IMG/VR virus record: IMGVR_UViG_3300048597_000457
Span: 1 to 64,000 of that record
DNA from: a virus
DNA length: 64,000 nucleotides
Direction: 5' to 3' (one strand)
The position numbers and the translations under genes were made by a program. Within the stretch, counting starts at the first letter, position 1. Each line of letters begins with the position of its first letter. The notes below the pieces were generated by a model. That model was not told the DNA's origin and made no database searches. It worked only from the letters and a program-made list of their open reading frames with translations. Of this stretch, positions 1-8,732 are shown piece by piece.

Positions 1-307
1 CTGCGACATCAAACTCTCCGCCGAACTCGCGCGCAACCTTCTTCAGTTGCTGCAGCTTCGCCTCAGCGGCGGTGGTGTCGACGTCGGGCTTGATCTTGGG
101 CTTCTCCGCACCGACGTCGCGGGACTTCTTCTTCACCCGTTCCAGTCCCGCTTCTGCGGCCACGGTGTCGGCGCCGACCTTTACTGGCGCGGCGGGCCCA
201 GACCCCAGTTCTCGTAGAGTCTTCCGCGCCTTGGCGATCGCCGCGTCAAACCCTGCGGTCCGCGCCTCGAGATCGTAGAAGAGCGTGTCGAGCGTGACGT
301 CGGCCAT
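1..307 (-). CDS. probable tape-measure protein, N-terminal fragment (runs off window start)
   Basis: ATG at 307, 3 nt after the TAG of the upstream gene, opens a stop-free minus-strand frame to position 1 (MADVTLDTLFYDLEARTAGFDAAIAKARKTLRELG...AEAKLQQLKKVAREFG). Coiled-coil-like, and located after the major-tail and chaperone-position genes. Absent from the ORF track because it has no stop in the window. Confidence 0.35.
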   Translation of the reverse strand, partial: MADVTLDTLFYDLEARTAGFDAAIAKARKTLRELGSGPAAPVKVGADTVAAEAGLERVKKKSRDVGAEKPKIKPDVDTTAAEAKLQQLKKVAREFGGEFDVA

Positions 308-310
308 GGC

Positions 311-1252
311 CTATCGCCCGGACCGATGGTGAGACGCTTTGGACTCCGCCTTCGCCTTGGCGCGCTCGGTGGATTCAAAGCGCGCGAGCGACGACGCAAA
401 CACTTCACCGATCGACCAGTGCCGCGCGAGATCGGACGGCTGCTGGCCCAGTTCGCTCGCCATCACACCCAAAAACGCCGCCATCGGCATCGGCTCCGCG
501 CCATGTTCGACAAATTGCTTGGTGCGATCGGCGATTGCATTCACCCGCAGCAGGTTGACTTCGAGATGCGCGCGTTCAATCGCGAGCACATCGAGCGGTG
601 AACATTCGTCACGCGTCCAGCGTGGGATCGGATGCTCCCAGAGGCCGTCATCCGTCCACGGCACGCCGGGGCCGGGGTGCGTGAGGATCGCCACCGTCTC
701 CGCTTTGAGGCGGGCTTCGCCTTCTGTTGCCAGCGCCAGGAGTTCGATCGTCCCCGCCGAAATCTCGTCCTCGGGCAGGGCCGTCAGCGCCACACGACGG
801 GCCAAGAAGTAGTGTCGGGCGATCGCCACCACGATGAGTCGATGCAGGGCGTAATCCCCCTTCGGGTAGACCGCGATCGGACGTCCGCTCTCAAGCGTGA
901 GGCGCACCGGCTCGGCGTGCAGCGCGCGACGCATGTCTTCCATCGCTGCGCCATCCCATCGTAGCGCGTTGGTCGTCGGCTGAGTCGGCCCTTGGGCGTG
1001 CCAGCGACTCAGCGCCCCAAAGTAGTACAGCCACCCGTGCGCACTGGTATCCAAGTTGTCCTTTCCGCCTGGACGCGCGGCGGCGAGCTGTTCCGCCGTG
1101 ACCGTCTGGGCGTTGTGCACCGCCGTTTCCAGTAAGGCGCAGCGCGCTTCCAACACGTCGCGCCCGACCGCATCGCCTTGCGACGATGGGTCGGGCAACG
1201 ACGTGCGGCGACGCCGAGTCGGCTCCCCCGAACCGGTCGACGCCACAGCCAT
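311..1252 (-). CDS. hypothetical protein in tail-assembly-chaperone position
   Basis: 313-aa ORF abutting the major tail gene stop (1253) and followed by the tape-measure-like start. No recognisable motif; position only. Confidence 0.5.
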   Translation of the reverse strand: MAVASTGSGEPTRRRRTSLPDPSSQGDAVGRDVLEARCALLETAVHNAQTVTAEQLAAARPGGKDNLDTSAHGWLYYFGALSRWHAQGPTQPTTNALRWDGAAMEDMRRALHAEPVRLTLESGRPIAVYPKGDYALHRLIVVAIARHYFLARRVALTALPEDEISAGTIELLALATEGEARLKAETVAILTHPGPGVPWTDDGLWEHPIPRWTRDECSPLDVLAIERAHLEVNLLRVNAIADRTKQFVEHGAEPMPMAAFLGVMASELGQQPSDLARHWSIGEVFASSLARFESTERAKAKAESKASHHRSGR

Positions 1253-2716
1253 TTACGCGTTCACCAAGAGTTGCATCGTCGTCGGCTTGTAGGCAATCGA
1301 CGCCGCCATTTCCGCCGCTTGGGTGAGATTCAACTCCGCGTTGATCTGCGCAGCACCATTCCACCCGCACATGGTGATGGTCTTGCCATCCTGCGTAAGT
1401 CCGGTGAACAACAGGGTGGCGCGCAGCGTGGCGCCAATCTTGTTGCCGAGTGGTACGACGTTGTTCGCGATGGCCGAAGACGGGATTCCGAGCGCCAGCT
1501 GCAGGATTTCCGGCCGCAGATTGTTGGACTGAAACGCGAACTGCACTGCCGCGTTGCCGATCTTGTAGCGCAGGGACGTGCGGTAGTACTCCGATCGCTG
1601 AGTCTGCACGGCGCCACTGGCTGACAGCGTGAACCCACCGGTGATACCAGCTACCTGCGTCACGGTCTGCAGCACCACAGCGGTGGATGCGGCAAAGGCC
1701 CGCTGCACCTGCGTCCGCAGATTGAGTGTGTTGCTTGACACACTGTGGATCAGATGCCATTCCGCCAAGTCACCGACCCCGATCTTCACCCACGCGTTCG
1801 CCGTAAATCCGGTCGCCGACGTGAGCACGATCGTGTAGGCACCGGCCGCGGTGGTGCCGGACGTCGTGTTCGATGTGCCGGAGTCGGACAGTTGCGCGAC
1901 ATTCGTGATCTCACTGAACAGATCGGCATTCGAGCTGGCGAACGTCGTCACGATGTTGGCCGGCGTGAACGCACTGTTGGTGAAGTCGAACGCGCCCGAC
2001 GAGGCCATCAAGGTGACCGGCACCGTCGCGAGCTGCCCACGCGAGAACGTGGTGGTGAGCTGCGTCGGGTTGAACGACACGTTGTAGAACTCGGCGCGCA
2101 CGTAGCTGCCATCCTGAAGTCGGCCCGCCGCCACGACGCAGGAGTTGGCAAGCGCTCCCATCAGCAGGCCGTCGGTCGTGAACATGCGCGGCCCGGCGGT
2201 ACCGGTCTGCGCCGCTGCCGTTCCATTGCCGATGACGGCGCTACGCGGCAAACCCAGAGCATACGCGATCACGTCGGCCGTGATCGCCATGAAGCGCCAC
2301 GAGAGACCGAGGTCGACGTATCCAACCAGCGTGCCGTACGCCGTGCGTTGAATCGCATTGAAGACGTCCGTGGCTTCAGCCGGGATCTGCAGCTTAACGC
2401 CGTCGGCTTCCGGCACGCCCAGGCTGATCGCCGACAGTTCGACAACTGCCTCACCTGACGCATGATCGAACTTGAGCGGCTTGGCTGGCGTGACCGTCGT
2501 CGACACGAGATTGGAGATGCGCACCATTTCCATTGTTTCGCCGGTGCCCACTCGGATGTCGTCGCCGATCGCGAAGTTGGTGGCTGCGGCGATCGTGAAT
2601 GACGTCGCGCCGGCAGCGGCGACGGCCGACAGCGTGGTGCTGCCTCCGCCGGACGGCGAGTCCATCATCAGATGGAGCCCGTCGAGCGTCTCGAATTGTT
2701 TGTCCAGTACACCCAT
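1253..2716 (-). CDS. putative major tail protein
   Basis: 487-aa Ala/Thr/Ser/Gly-rich structural-looking protein directly downstream of the neck/tail-completion genes. Synteny-based call. Confidence 0.45.
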   Translation of the reverse strand: MGVLDKQFETLDGLHLMMDSPSGGGSTTLSAVAAAGATSFTIAAATNFAIGDDIRVGTGETMEMVRISNLVSTTVTPAKPLKFDHASGEAVVELSAISLGVPEADGVKLQIPAEATDVFNAIQRTAYGTLVGYVDLGLSWRFMAITADVIAYALGLPRSAVIGNGTAAAQTGTAGPRMFTTDGLLMGALANSCVVAAGRLQDGSYVRAEFYNVSFNPTQLTTTFSRGQLATVPVTLMASSGAFDFTNSAFTPANIVTTFASSNADLFSEITNVAQLSDSGTSNTTSGTTAAGAYTIVLTSATGFTANAWVKIGVGDLAEWHLIHSVSSNTLNLRTQVQRAFAASTAVVLQTVTQVAGITGGFTLSASGAVQTQRSEYYRTSLRYKIGNAAVQFAFQSNNLRPEILQLALGIPSSAIANNVVPLGNKIGATLRATLLFTGLTQDGKTITMCGWNGAAQINAELNLTQAAEMAASIAYKPTTMQLLVNA

Positions 2717-2736
2717 GATGGTCTCCTAACCGGGTC

Positions 2737-3162
2737 TTAGCCGGCGATGAGGAACGTGATGTCGATGTCGGCACGCGCGGTCGCCGCATCGTCCTGTCGT
2801 GGATCAGCACCTGGCCACTGCCGATCCGGGGGGGACGCGTTGTCGCGCCCGACGTCGAGGCCCTGGAGCGTGTAGGCGGGATTCCGCAGTAGCGCATCCA
2901 GTCGCTCACAGACGGTGTTGCACACGCCTTCACTCGCACCGAATACGGAGAACTGTGCTCGCAGACGCGTTGGGAAGTAGCCGCGACCCGTGCCTGCGAG
3001 CGCTTGATACGCGATGATGGGCAGCGGCTCATCGAGCGTCAGCGATTCCCATGGCGTGATGAGGTCCGTATTGCGTCCCATCTGCGTGCGGAGATCGCCA
3101 TCGCTTTCGATGATGGCGACGGTCGCGATCCGCCAGAGCTGCACGCGGTCCACCGTCGTCAT
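2737..3162 (-). CDS. putative tail completion / tail terminator protein
   Basis: 141-aa ORF between the HK97-gp10-like gene and the major tail gene, with a 4-nt overlap with the upstream gene (3159/3162). Synteny only. Confidence 0.45.
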   Translation of the reverse strand: MTTVDRVQLWRIATVAIIESDGDLRTQMGRNTDLITPWESLTLDEPLPIIAYQALAGTGRGYFPTRLRAQFSVFGASEGVCNTVCERLDALLRNPAYTLQGLDVGRDNASPPDRQWPGADPRQDDAATARADIDITFLIAG

Positions 3163-3776
3163 GGGAGTACACCCCGAGCGCGCAGCGTGCTGATGAATAC
3201 GTTGCCGAGCTGTGCGCGCGCCGCGACCAGCGCGGGCCGCATGAATGGCCGCGGGAGAATCCGTACCGACTTGGTCTTCCCGGCGTTGGCCGTGCCGAAT
3301 TCCATCGCCAACGCCTGTACGGCACCTACACCCGTGCGGGCACCACGTGCGGTCCGCTCCACGAAGGCCGAGCGCTTCAGCGTGCCGGTATCTGGGGCGG
3401 GTGGATCACCTGGCTTCGAAGCGCGGTGGAGCCCCACCACTACGTTGCGGCGAGTGATGTCACCGAAGGCGACGGTGCCGCGATTCAAGTTCCGAGCGTA
3501 CGACCGCCGGAGTGCGTTGAGCTTGCGTGCCTTGGCGAGACGTTTCTTGAGCGCTGTCCGATCGGCATTACTCGTCGGGGTTGGAGACCCCGCGAGGCGC
3601 GACGCCTTCGCGTAGTAGCGCCCCTGCCCAGGCTTCGAGAGTTGCTGTTGGATCTCGGCCTTGAGCGTAACGGCCGCGAGGGACACAGCGCGCTGGGCTC
3701 GGCTGCGCACGTCATTGGCATACGCGCGCAAGACGCCATCGATCGGGCCGCCAGAGCCGGAGACGAATCCGCTCAT
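3159..3776 (-). CDS. HK97 gp10-family head-tail/neck protein
   Basis: C-terminal ...EFGTANAGKTKSVRILPRPFMRPAL resembles the gp10-family PF(L/M)RPA signature. Start set at internal ATG 3776, which makes an ATGA overlap with the stop of 3773..4210. Confidence 0.6.
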   Translation of the reverse strand: MSGFVSGSGGPIDGVLRAYANDVRSRAQRAVSLAAVTLKAEIQQQLSKPGQGRYYAKASRLAGSPTPTSNADRTALKKRLAKARKLNALRRSYARNLNRGTVAFGDITRRNVVVGLHRASKPGDPPAPDTGTLKRSAFVERTARGARTGVGAVQALAMEFGTANAGKTKSVRILPRPFMRPALVAARAQLGNVFISTLRARGVLP

Positions 3777-4210
3777 GGAATCGCTCCGCTCGGGGCGGCA
3801 ATCACCGCGACGGACTGCGAGAGACCGATCAGATCCACGACGCCATCGGCTTCGGCGAGCCATGTGTAGCCGGCGTACGGCCCGTCGAGAATCTTGATGC
3901 CGTCAAATGCGGCTACTGACGGATGTCCGGATGCTGTCCGTAGGATTGTGATCGTTGCTTTCGCGCTGGACCGCACGCCGAACGGCTTTGCCACGCTCTC
4001 GCTCGCACCGGCACCACTCTCTCCGGTGCCCGGCGCAAACACTACGTCGAGACTCGTCCACGCCGGATCGAACGCATACGTGCGGGAGACGCCCTTGTCC
4101 GATCCCTTGACGACGGTCGGCCGATAGATCGCAATCCGGCACCCCAGATCGGCGATGAGCGGGCTGAGCGCGCCTTGTAGCGCATTGGTGAGGCTGTCAC
4201 GCAATGTCAC
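3773..4210 (-). CDS. putative head-closure / head-tail joining protein
   Basis: 145-aa ORF between the gp6-like connector and the gp10-like gene. Size and position are typical. Confidence 0.45.
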   Translation of the reverse strand: MTLRDSLTNALQGALSPLIADLGCRIAIYRPTVVKGSDKGVSRTYAFDPAWTSLDVVFAPGTGESGAGASESVAKPFGVRSSAKATITILRTASGHPSVAAFDGIKILDGPYAGYTWLAEADGVVDLIGLSQSVAVIAAPSGAIP

Positions 4211-4213
4211 CGC

Positions 4214-4717
4214 CTATCCTCGATCGAAGGAAGACGACGACTCGAGGTACGGCTCCAGGCGCTGCCAGACGATGCTGCGGCGTTCGTCGCCGGTGCGGGG
4301 CGCCGTCTCGCGCATCGCGATCGAGATCGATCCGACCTTGAGCGCGGAGAAATTGGCCAGCGGGTCGACCGCCGACGGATCGCTGCCCTTCGCGAGCAAG
4401 CCGATCGCCTCTTCGCAGCACGCAATGCGGACGTCTTCGGGAATCGCGTCGAACGCAACCCCGTAACCATCGCGATCGGTGCAGCCGCTGCGCGGCCACT
4501 GCAGGCGCTGGTTCAGTGAAGCGCGATAGCCGTCCCACGGCAGCGGCTCCAGCCGCTGCGTGGCCATGATCAACGCCTGTCGACGCACATCATCGGTGGC
4601 CGCACCCGTCCACGCCGTCGCGTACAGCCGTTCCGCGAAATAGGCCGTGGCCTCTTCGAGAGTGACGTAGCTGTTCGCGTTGACGTCGCCGGGCGTGGCG
4701 ATAATCGTGACGGGCAT
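4214..4717 (-). CDS. gp6-like head-tail connector protein
   Basis: N-terminus ...NSYVTLEEATAYFAERLY..W....D...RQALIMATQRL is the classic gp6-like connector opening. Located just after the capsid module. Confidence 0.65.
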   Translation of the reverse strand: MPVTIIATPGDVNANSYVTLEEATAYFAERLYATAWTGAATDDVRRQALIMATQRLEPLPWDGYRASLNQRLQWPRSGCTDRDGYGVAFDAIPEDVRIACCEEAIGLLAKGSDPSAVDPLANFSALKVGSISIAMRETAPRTGDERRSIVWQRLEPYLESSSSFDRG

Positions 4718-4745
4718 CGACAGGGCGGATCAGAGGGCAGAGCGA

Positions 4746-5042
4746 TTACGACGGCGTCGCCGTCGGATCGACCGGCGGGGTGCCGGTATCGGTCGTCGCG
4801 GTGGGATCGGTCGGCGTGGCCGTCGGGTCGACCGGTGCGGTCTTGGTCGGCTCCTTGTCCGTCTTGGCGCCCCTTGCGAACGGATTCGCCTTCGTCGCCT
4901 TGGCGGGGCCCGCGAGATACGCGGCCTCGTCGATCGCCTGGTACTGCTCGCGGAACAGCATTTCATCGGCGACGTTGACGTCGCACACCTTGCCGAACTT
5001 CGGGATGTAGAGCCGAACCGTCGGCGCGTTGATATCGGACAT
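4746..5042 (-). CDS. hypothetical protein with Pro/Thr-rich tail (possible head-associated)
   Basis: 98 aa; C-terminus PVDPTATPTDPTATTDTGTPPVDPTATPS. First gene after the capsid terminator hairpin. Confidence 0.5.
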   Translation of the reverse strand: MSDINAPTVRLYIPKFGKVCDVNVADEMLFREQYQAIDEAAYLAGPAKATKANPFARGAKTDKEPTKTAPVDPTATPTDPTATTDTGTPPVDPTATPS

Positions 5043-5091
5043 GTGGTGCTCCAGAGGGGAAGGGGATGACGCGAGACCAGAGGGTCACGCC

Positions 5092-5138
5092 CACGACCCG
5101 CAGCGCGGCCGATGGTGGCGCACGCGCTGCGGGTCGTG
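5092..5138 (-). terminator. perfect 16-bp stem hairpin just downstream of the capsid gene
   Basis: CACGACCCGCAGCGCG (5092-5107) and CGCGCTGCGGGTCGTG (5123-5138) are exact reverse complements with a 15-nt loop. It lies 8 nt after the capsid stop. No U-tract follows, so it may be a stabiliser or attenuator rather than a canonical terminator. Confidence 0.5.
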
Positions 5139-5145
5139 TCGGCGG

Positions 5146-6279
5146 TTACGGCGCGTACACGCGCGTGGCGAGGTTCGCGTCCAGCAGCGTGTAGCCGCAC
5201 AGGTAGTCGAGCGCGACGAACAGCTTGCTGTTGTTGCCCTCGTAGAAGATTCGAGCACGCACCGCGATGCCCAGATCTTCGTTGCGGATCGTCGACACCT
5301 GCACGCCCGGCATGTCATCCGGCAGCGGCGCGAACTTGAGCGCGGCGAAATTGCGGTGGAACACCATGTTCACCGCCTTCGCGGCCGACAGCTTGTGGAA
5401 CGTGACGACCGCGCCCGTGAGCACCGCCGCCGGCAGCTTCGGCGTGAACTGCAGCGCGGCAATCGCGCCGCTCGAGGCGGTCGCGGCCGTCGTGACGACA
5501 AAGCGCTGGGTCAGCCCCGCGATCGAGAACGTGTCGCCGACGACCACGGCGCCAGATGCATCGATGCCGTTGATGGCGATCTGCGTGGCGCCCTTCGCGG
5601 CGTCGGCCGTGGTCGCACCTGCCAGATCTGTCATCGCGTTCGTGGTGAACGTTGGCGCGTTCTGACTGGCAAACCAGTTGACGCCCATCAGGGGACCAAG
5701 GGCGCCGAAGCGACGCGCCTCATCGACGCCAGAGCCCGAGATGTCCTTACCGGAGAGATACCCGAGCATGTTCGCTTCGAGCTGGCCGTCGACCAGACCG
5801 AACAGGTTGTCGCGGTCCATCGGCACGCCGTTGTTGAACAACACCATGCGGGCGTTGGCCAGCTCCTGCGTGGTGAACGTGCTATTGAGCTGGTAGTACC
5901 ACGGGATCTTCTTGAACAGCTGGACGAGCTTCTGGTCCAGGCCATTCGCCAGCGCATACGCCATCGGGCGGATGTGGTCACTGATCAACTTGTCATTCGA
6001 CAGCGCGCGCAGCTTGTCCGTCAGCTCAATCTTCACTTCCTCGTGCACGTCGAGCGTCAACGCCACCTTGTCGGTGTTGATGTCCTGCGCCGAGCTGGGC
6101 GCCGGCTGCGACACGAAGGTGGACGGCCGACGGATCTGCGTCGTGTCGCCGGGCTCCTTGGTGTCGGTCTCGAACTCGCGATACAGGCGAGAGGCCATCC
6201 CGAGGCGGCTCTCGAGCGCGATGAGCGCTTCCTGTGCGAACTGGGTTTCGTTGTAATTGCCGATGTCGTTCGTGGCCAT
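5146..6279 (-). CDS. major capsid protein (HK97-fold, P22-coat-like by position and size)
   Basis: 377 aa starting MATNDIGNYNETQFAQEAL. GAGGA Shine-Dalgarno sequence 9 nt upstream of ATG 6279. Preceded by the scaffold gene and a terminator, followed by a strong hairpin. Synteny is portal - MuF - scaffold - capsid. Confidence 0.75.
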   Translation of the reverse strand: MATNDIGNYNETQFAQEALIALESRLGMASRLYREFETDTKEPGDTTQIRRPSTFVSQPAPSSAQDINTDKVALTLDVHEEVKIELTDKLRALSNDKLISDHIRPMAYALANGLDQKLVQLFKKIPWYYQLNSTFTTQELANARMVLFNNGVPMDRDNLFGLVDGQLEANMLGYLSGKDISGSGVDEARRFGALGPLMGVNWFASQNAPTFTTNAMTDLAGATTADAAKGATQIAINGIDASGAVVVGDTFSIAGLTQRFVVTTAATASSGAIAALQFTPKLPAAVLTGAVVTFHKLSAAKAVNMVFHRNFAALKFAPLPDDMPGVQVSTIRNEDLGIAVRARIFYEGNNSKLFVALDYLCGYTLLDANLATRVYAP

Positions 6280-6321
6280 CGTGATGTCCTCGGTGCAAGT
6301 CGAGGTGCGACGGCCCACCAG

Positions 6322-6394
6322 ACAAAAGGGCGCGCACCGGTCAGGACGTCGACCGGTGAATCGCCGGTGCGATCGTCAGGATTGGTGCGCGCCC
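6322..6394 (-). terminator. intrinsic-terminator-like structure between scaffold and capsid genes
   Basis: GGGCGCGCACC (6328-6338) pairs with GGTGCGCGCCC (6384-6394). On the minus strand the stem is followed directly by TTTTGT (6327-6322). The 45-nt loop has internal pairing (CCGGTC/GACCGG). Confidence 0.5.
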
Positions 6395-6510
6395 CACGCG
6401 CGGCACGCCGTCGACGGCGAAGCGTCTCTGGCGCGGCGATGCATGAGCATCCCGCTCATGTATCGAGACCTACAGTTCCAGCACCTCCATGCCCAACACC
6501 TGCTTCCCTG

Positions 6511-7314
6511 CTAGACGATGCGGACCCCGCGCTCGTCGACCGCGCCATCGATCTCACCCTTCTGCTTCTGCTCCTTGAGCCGCCGGTACACCGCCGGATC
6601 CTTGGCCTCATCGTTCGAGACCTTGAGCATGCGCGGCTGACCGATGCCGAAGCGGGGCGTCCCACCGCCGCTCCCGCTCGCCGGCTTCGCATCGAAGAGC
6701 TTCGACAGCACGGGATGCTCACGCTTCTCCGCGATCAACTCTTCGAGCGTCATCGGCTGCCCCTTCGGTCCCAACCGTTCCTTCGTCGGATCCTTGGGGT
6801 CGACCACCACGGTGTTGAACTGGCCCGGCTTGTTCGGGTCCTCGATCGTCACCACGTGCGGCAGCAGGTGCGGCATCAAGCCTTCGACACTGCCCCCGAC
6901 CTTCTCGACCTCGCTCGTGATGGCACTCTTCGACATCACGTCGGTGATCGTGTTGGTCAGCAGCGTGATGCGGTCTTCCTTGGCCTTGATCTCCGTCTGA
7001 TGCTTCTCGGTGTTCTTCTGCAGCAGCGTCTGATACTCGCCACGGCGCTCGGCTTCCTTCTGCTCGTGCTCCGTCAGCTTGGCCAGGCGCTCCTGCACAT
7101 CGGCCGGCAAATCCTTGTACTTCCCGAGCTGCTCGCGCAGCTCCTTCAACGTCTTGCGCTCCCCTTCAAGGGCGCCTTTCAGTCCACCGACATCTTCGAT
7201 CTTGACCGGCTTCGAGAACACGTACTTCCCGTCCCGTTCCTCGTAGTTCTCGCGATAGGGTTCCGCGACCTTGTCGAGTGAATCGACGACCGGTTCGAGT
7301 ACGATGTCTGGCAT
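6511..7314 (-). CDS. scaffolding protein
   Basis: 267 aa, strongly charged and helical (LKGALEGERKTLKELREQLGKYKDLPADVQERLAKLTEHEQKEAERR...). Lies directly upstream of the capsid gene. Start at ATG 7314. Confidence 0.7.
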   Translation of the reverse strand: MPDIVLEPVVDSLDKVAEPYRENYEERDGKYVFSKPVKIEDVGGLKGALEGERKTLKELREQLGKYKDLPADVQERLAKLTEHEQKEAERRGEYQTLLQKNTEKHQTEIKAKEDRITLLTNTITDVMSKSAITSEVEKVGGSVEGLMPHLLPHVVTIEDPNKPGQFNTVVVDPKDPTKERLGPKGQPMTLEELIAEKREHPVLSKLFDAKPASGSGGGTPRFGIGQPRMLKVSNDEAKDPAVYRRLKEQKQKGEIDGAVDERGVRIV

Positions 7315-7415
7315 GGACGTCCGATGAGGGGAGGGGGATCCGCGTAGGCACATCCCGTGCGGCACGCTTCGGTCAGCGGCATCCCGCCGACTGACGGCAC
7401 AAGGGTATTACCAAC

Positions 7416-7432
7416 CGTGCCGAAAGCGCAAG
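7416..7432 (-). promoter_or_regulatory. conserved motif copy 1 (gene-sense): CTTGCGCTTTCGGCACG
   Basis: 25 nt after the stop of 7458..8729 and upstream of the scaffold gene. Followed by GTTGG-TAATAC. A partial second copy, GAAGCGCAAG, lies at 7438-7447. Confidence 0.5.
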
Positions 7433-7457
7433 AGGCGGAAGCGCAAGAAGCCGAGTG

Positions 7458-8729
7458 TCAAGCAGTCTCCTCAATCACGCCGACGCGGGCGCTCGCGGCC
7501 AACACCTCATCAAGTTTTGCGGTCCCGTGCCGAAGGCGGTCCGCCAACGCCCGTCCGAGGACGGCGTTTTGCTGCGACGGAGAGAGGTCACGCACCCAGG
7601 CTCCGTACGACTCCGGCTGGGTCGCGTAGAGCGCGCGTCGCAATTGGGCGAGCGTCAGCGGCCGACGATCTACGGACAACAGATCACTGAGGGTGGTTCG
7701 GCCGGCACGGTAGTGCTCGGCGATGCCTCGGCCGAGAATCGCGTTCTGGGTTGCCGGAGACTGTTCACGCAACCACTGGTCGTAGGACGTCCGCGGCGAT
7801 CGCTGGCGCCCGAGCCCATCAAGGTCCGCCACCGGCACGAGCGTGCTTCGACAATGGGGGTGCAGGGCCGGGACCGGCATGTTCGGATCCCCAACACGAT
7901 ACCGTGTCCCGTCGAGGGATCGGCAGATGGCCGACGTTCGGGCATCTAGGATCGCCTGAAACTCGTACGCGTGGATCACGTCGGCAAAGGACTGCTCGCT
8001 CGTCAGCGCCGCTTCGTTCTGAATCGACGTCGTGACCGTGCGAATGGCGGAGTGCAGGACCGTACGGGACTGACGCCACGCGTTGGGCCCCCCGCTACTC
8101 CGGTCACGCCAGATCGTCGCCGCGATCTGGTGCGGATTCAGTCCACGAGTGAGCCCAACTTGGATCTGACGGCGCACGCGCAGGATGCCATCTTCCTTGG
8201 CACGCGTCCACCATTCGCCGAACCCGATGCCGCCCATGTCGATCGCGTCGACGATATCGGCCAGCCGAGCACTGGAGACGACGAGCTGGCGCGAAACTCC
8301 TTGCGCCACGACACTGAGCCCGCCGTCAGCCGCGCCGATCGTGCGAGCGATCTCCACGCCACCGGCTCCAATCAATGCCGTCGGCGAACCGTTCGTCGTC
8401 AGCGCGAGACGCTGGAGCAACCCTGCGTGCCGGGCGGCGACCTCTGCTTCCAGCACCGCATATTCGCGCAGGATGGGCGAGACTCTGGCCTGGGCGGTGC
8501 CGTAGGCTTCGGCCAACAGCGCACGGATTTCCAGGAACCGGGCGTCCAGCGATCGCCGATCCGTGCGTGCGATCGGACTCGCGCGTTCGATTGACCGTGC
8601 AATGTCGCGATAGGTCGCCTCCAAGATGGCGACCACTTCGCGTTCAAGCCCGATCGAGAATCGGTAGCGCGCGATCAGCGCGCTGAGTTGCCAGCCGGGC
8701 CCGACGGGCGGAATGGAATAGACGGCCAC
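7458..8729 (-). CDS. head morphogenesis protein, SPP1 gp7 / Mu F family
   Basis: Contains ...DARTSAICRSLDGTRYRVGDPNMPVPALHPHCRSTLVPV, the family signature (HPxCRC/S-T). Immediately downstream of the portal gene. Confidence 0.8.
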   Translation of the reverse strand: MAVYSIPPVGPGWQLSALIARYRFSIGLEREVVAILEATYRDIARSIERASPIARTDRRSLDARFLEIRALLAEAYGTAQARVSPILREYAVLEAEVAARHAGLLQRLALTTNGSPTALIGAGGVEIARTIGAADGGLSVVAQGVSRQLVVSSARLADIVDAIDMGGIGFGEWWTRAKEDGILRVRRQIQVGLTRGLNPHQIAATIWRDRSSGGPNAWRQSRTVLHSAIRTVTTSIQNEAALTSEQSFADVIHAYEFQAILDARTSAICRSLDGTRYRVGDPNMPVPALHPHCRSTLVPVADLDGLGRQRSPRTSYDQWLREQSPATQNAILGRGIAEHYRAGRTTLSDLLSVDRRPLTLAQLRRALYATQPESYGAWVRDLSPSQQNAVLGRALADRLRHGTAKLDEVLAASARVGVIEETA

Positions 8730-8732
8730 CGG

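Noticed and set aside
311-1252. Looked for a programmed -1 frameshift (G/GT-type) in the chaperone-position gene upstream of the tape-measure-like start.
   Set aside because: I found no obvious slippery heptamer with an overlapping extended frame by eye. The ORF is also much longer (313 aa) than typical G proteins. I cannot support a frameshift call.
5029-7281. Very long plus-strand ORFs (5029..7281 at 750 aa; also 17010..18662, 23867..25204, 51979..53598, 54135..55604 and 55699..57636).
   Set aside because: They are antisense shadows of well-supported minus-strand genes (capsid/scaffold, ATPase, helicase-MTase, fibres). Their translations are Arg/Gly/Ala/His-rich with no motifs. High-GC DNA keeps non-coding frames open.
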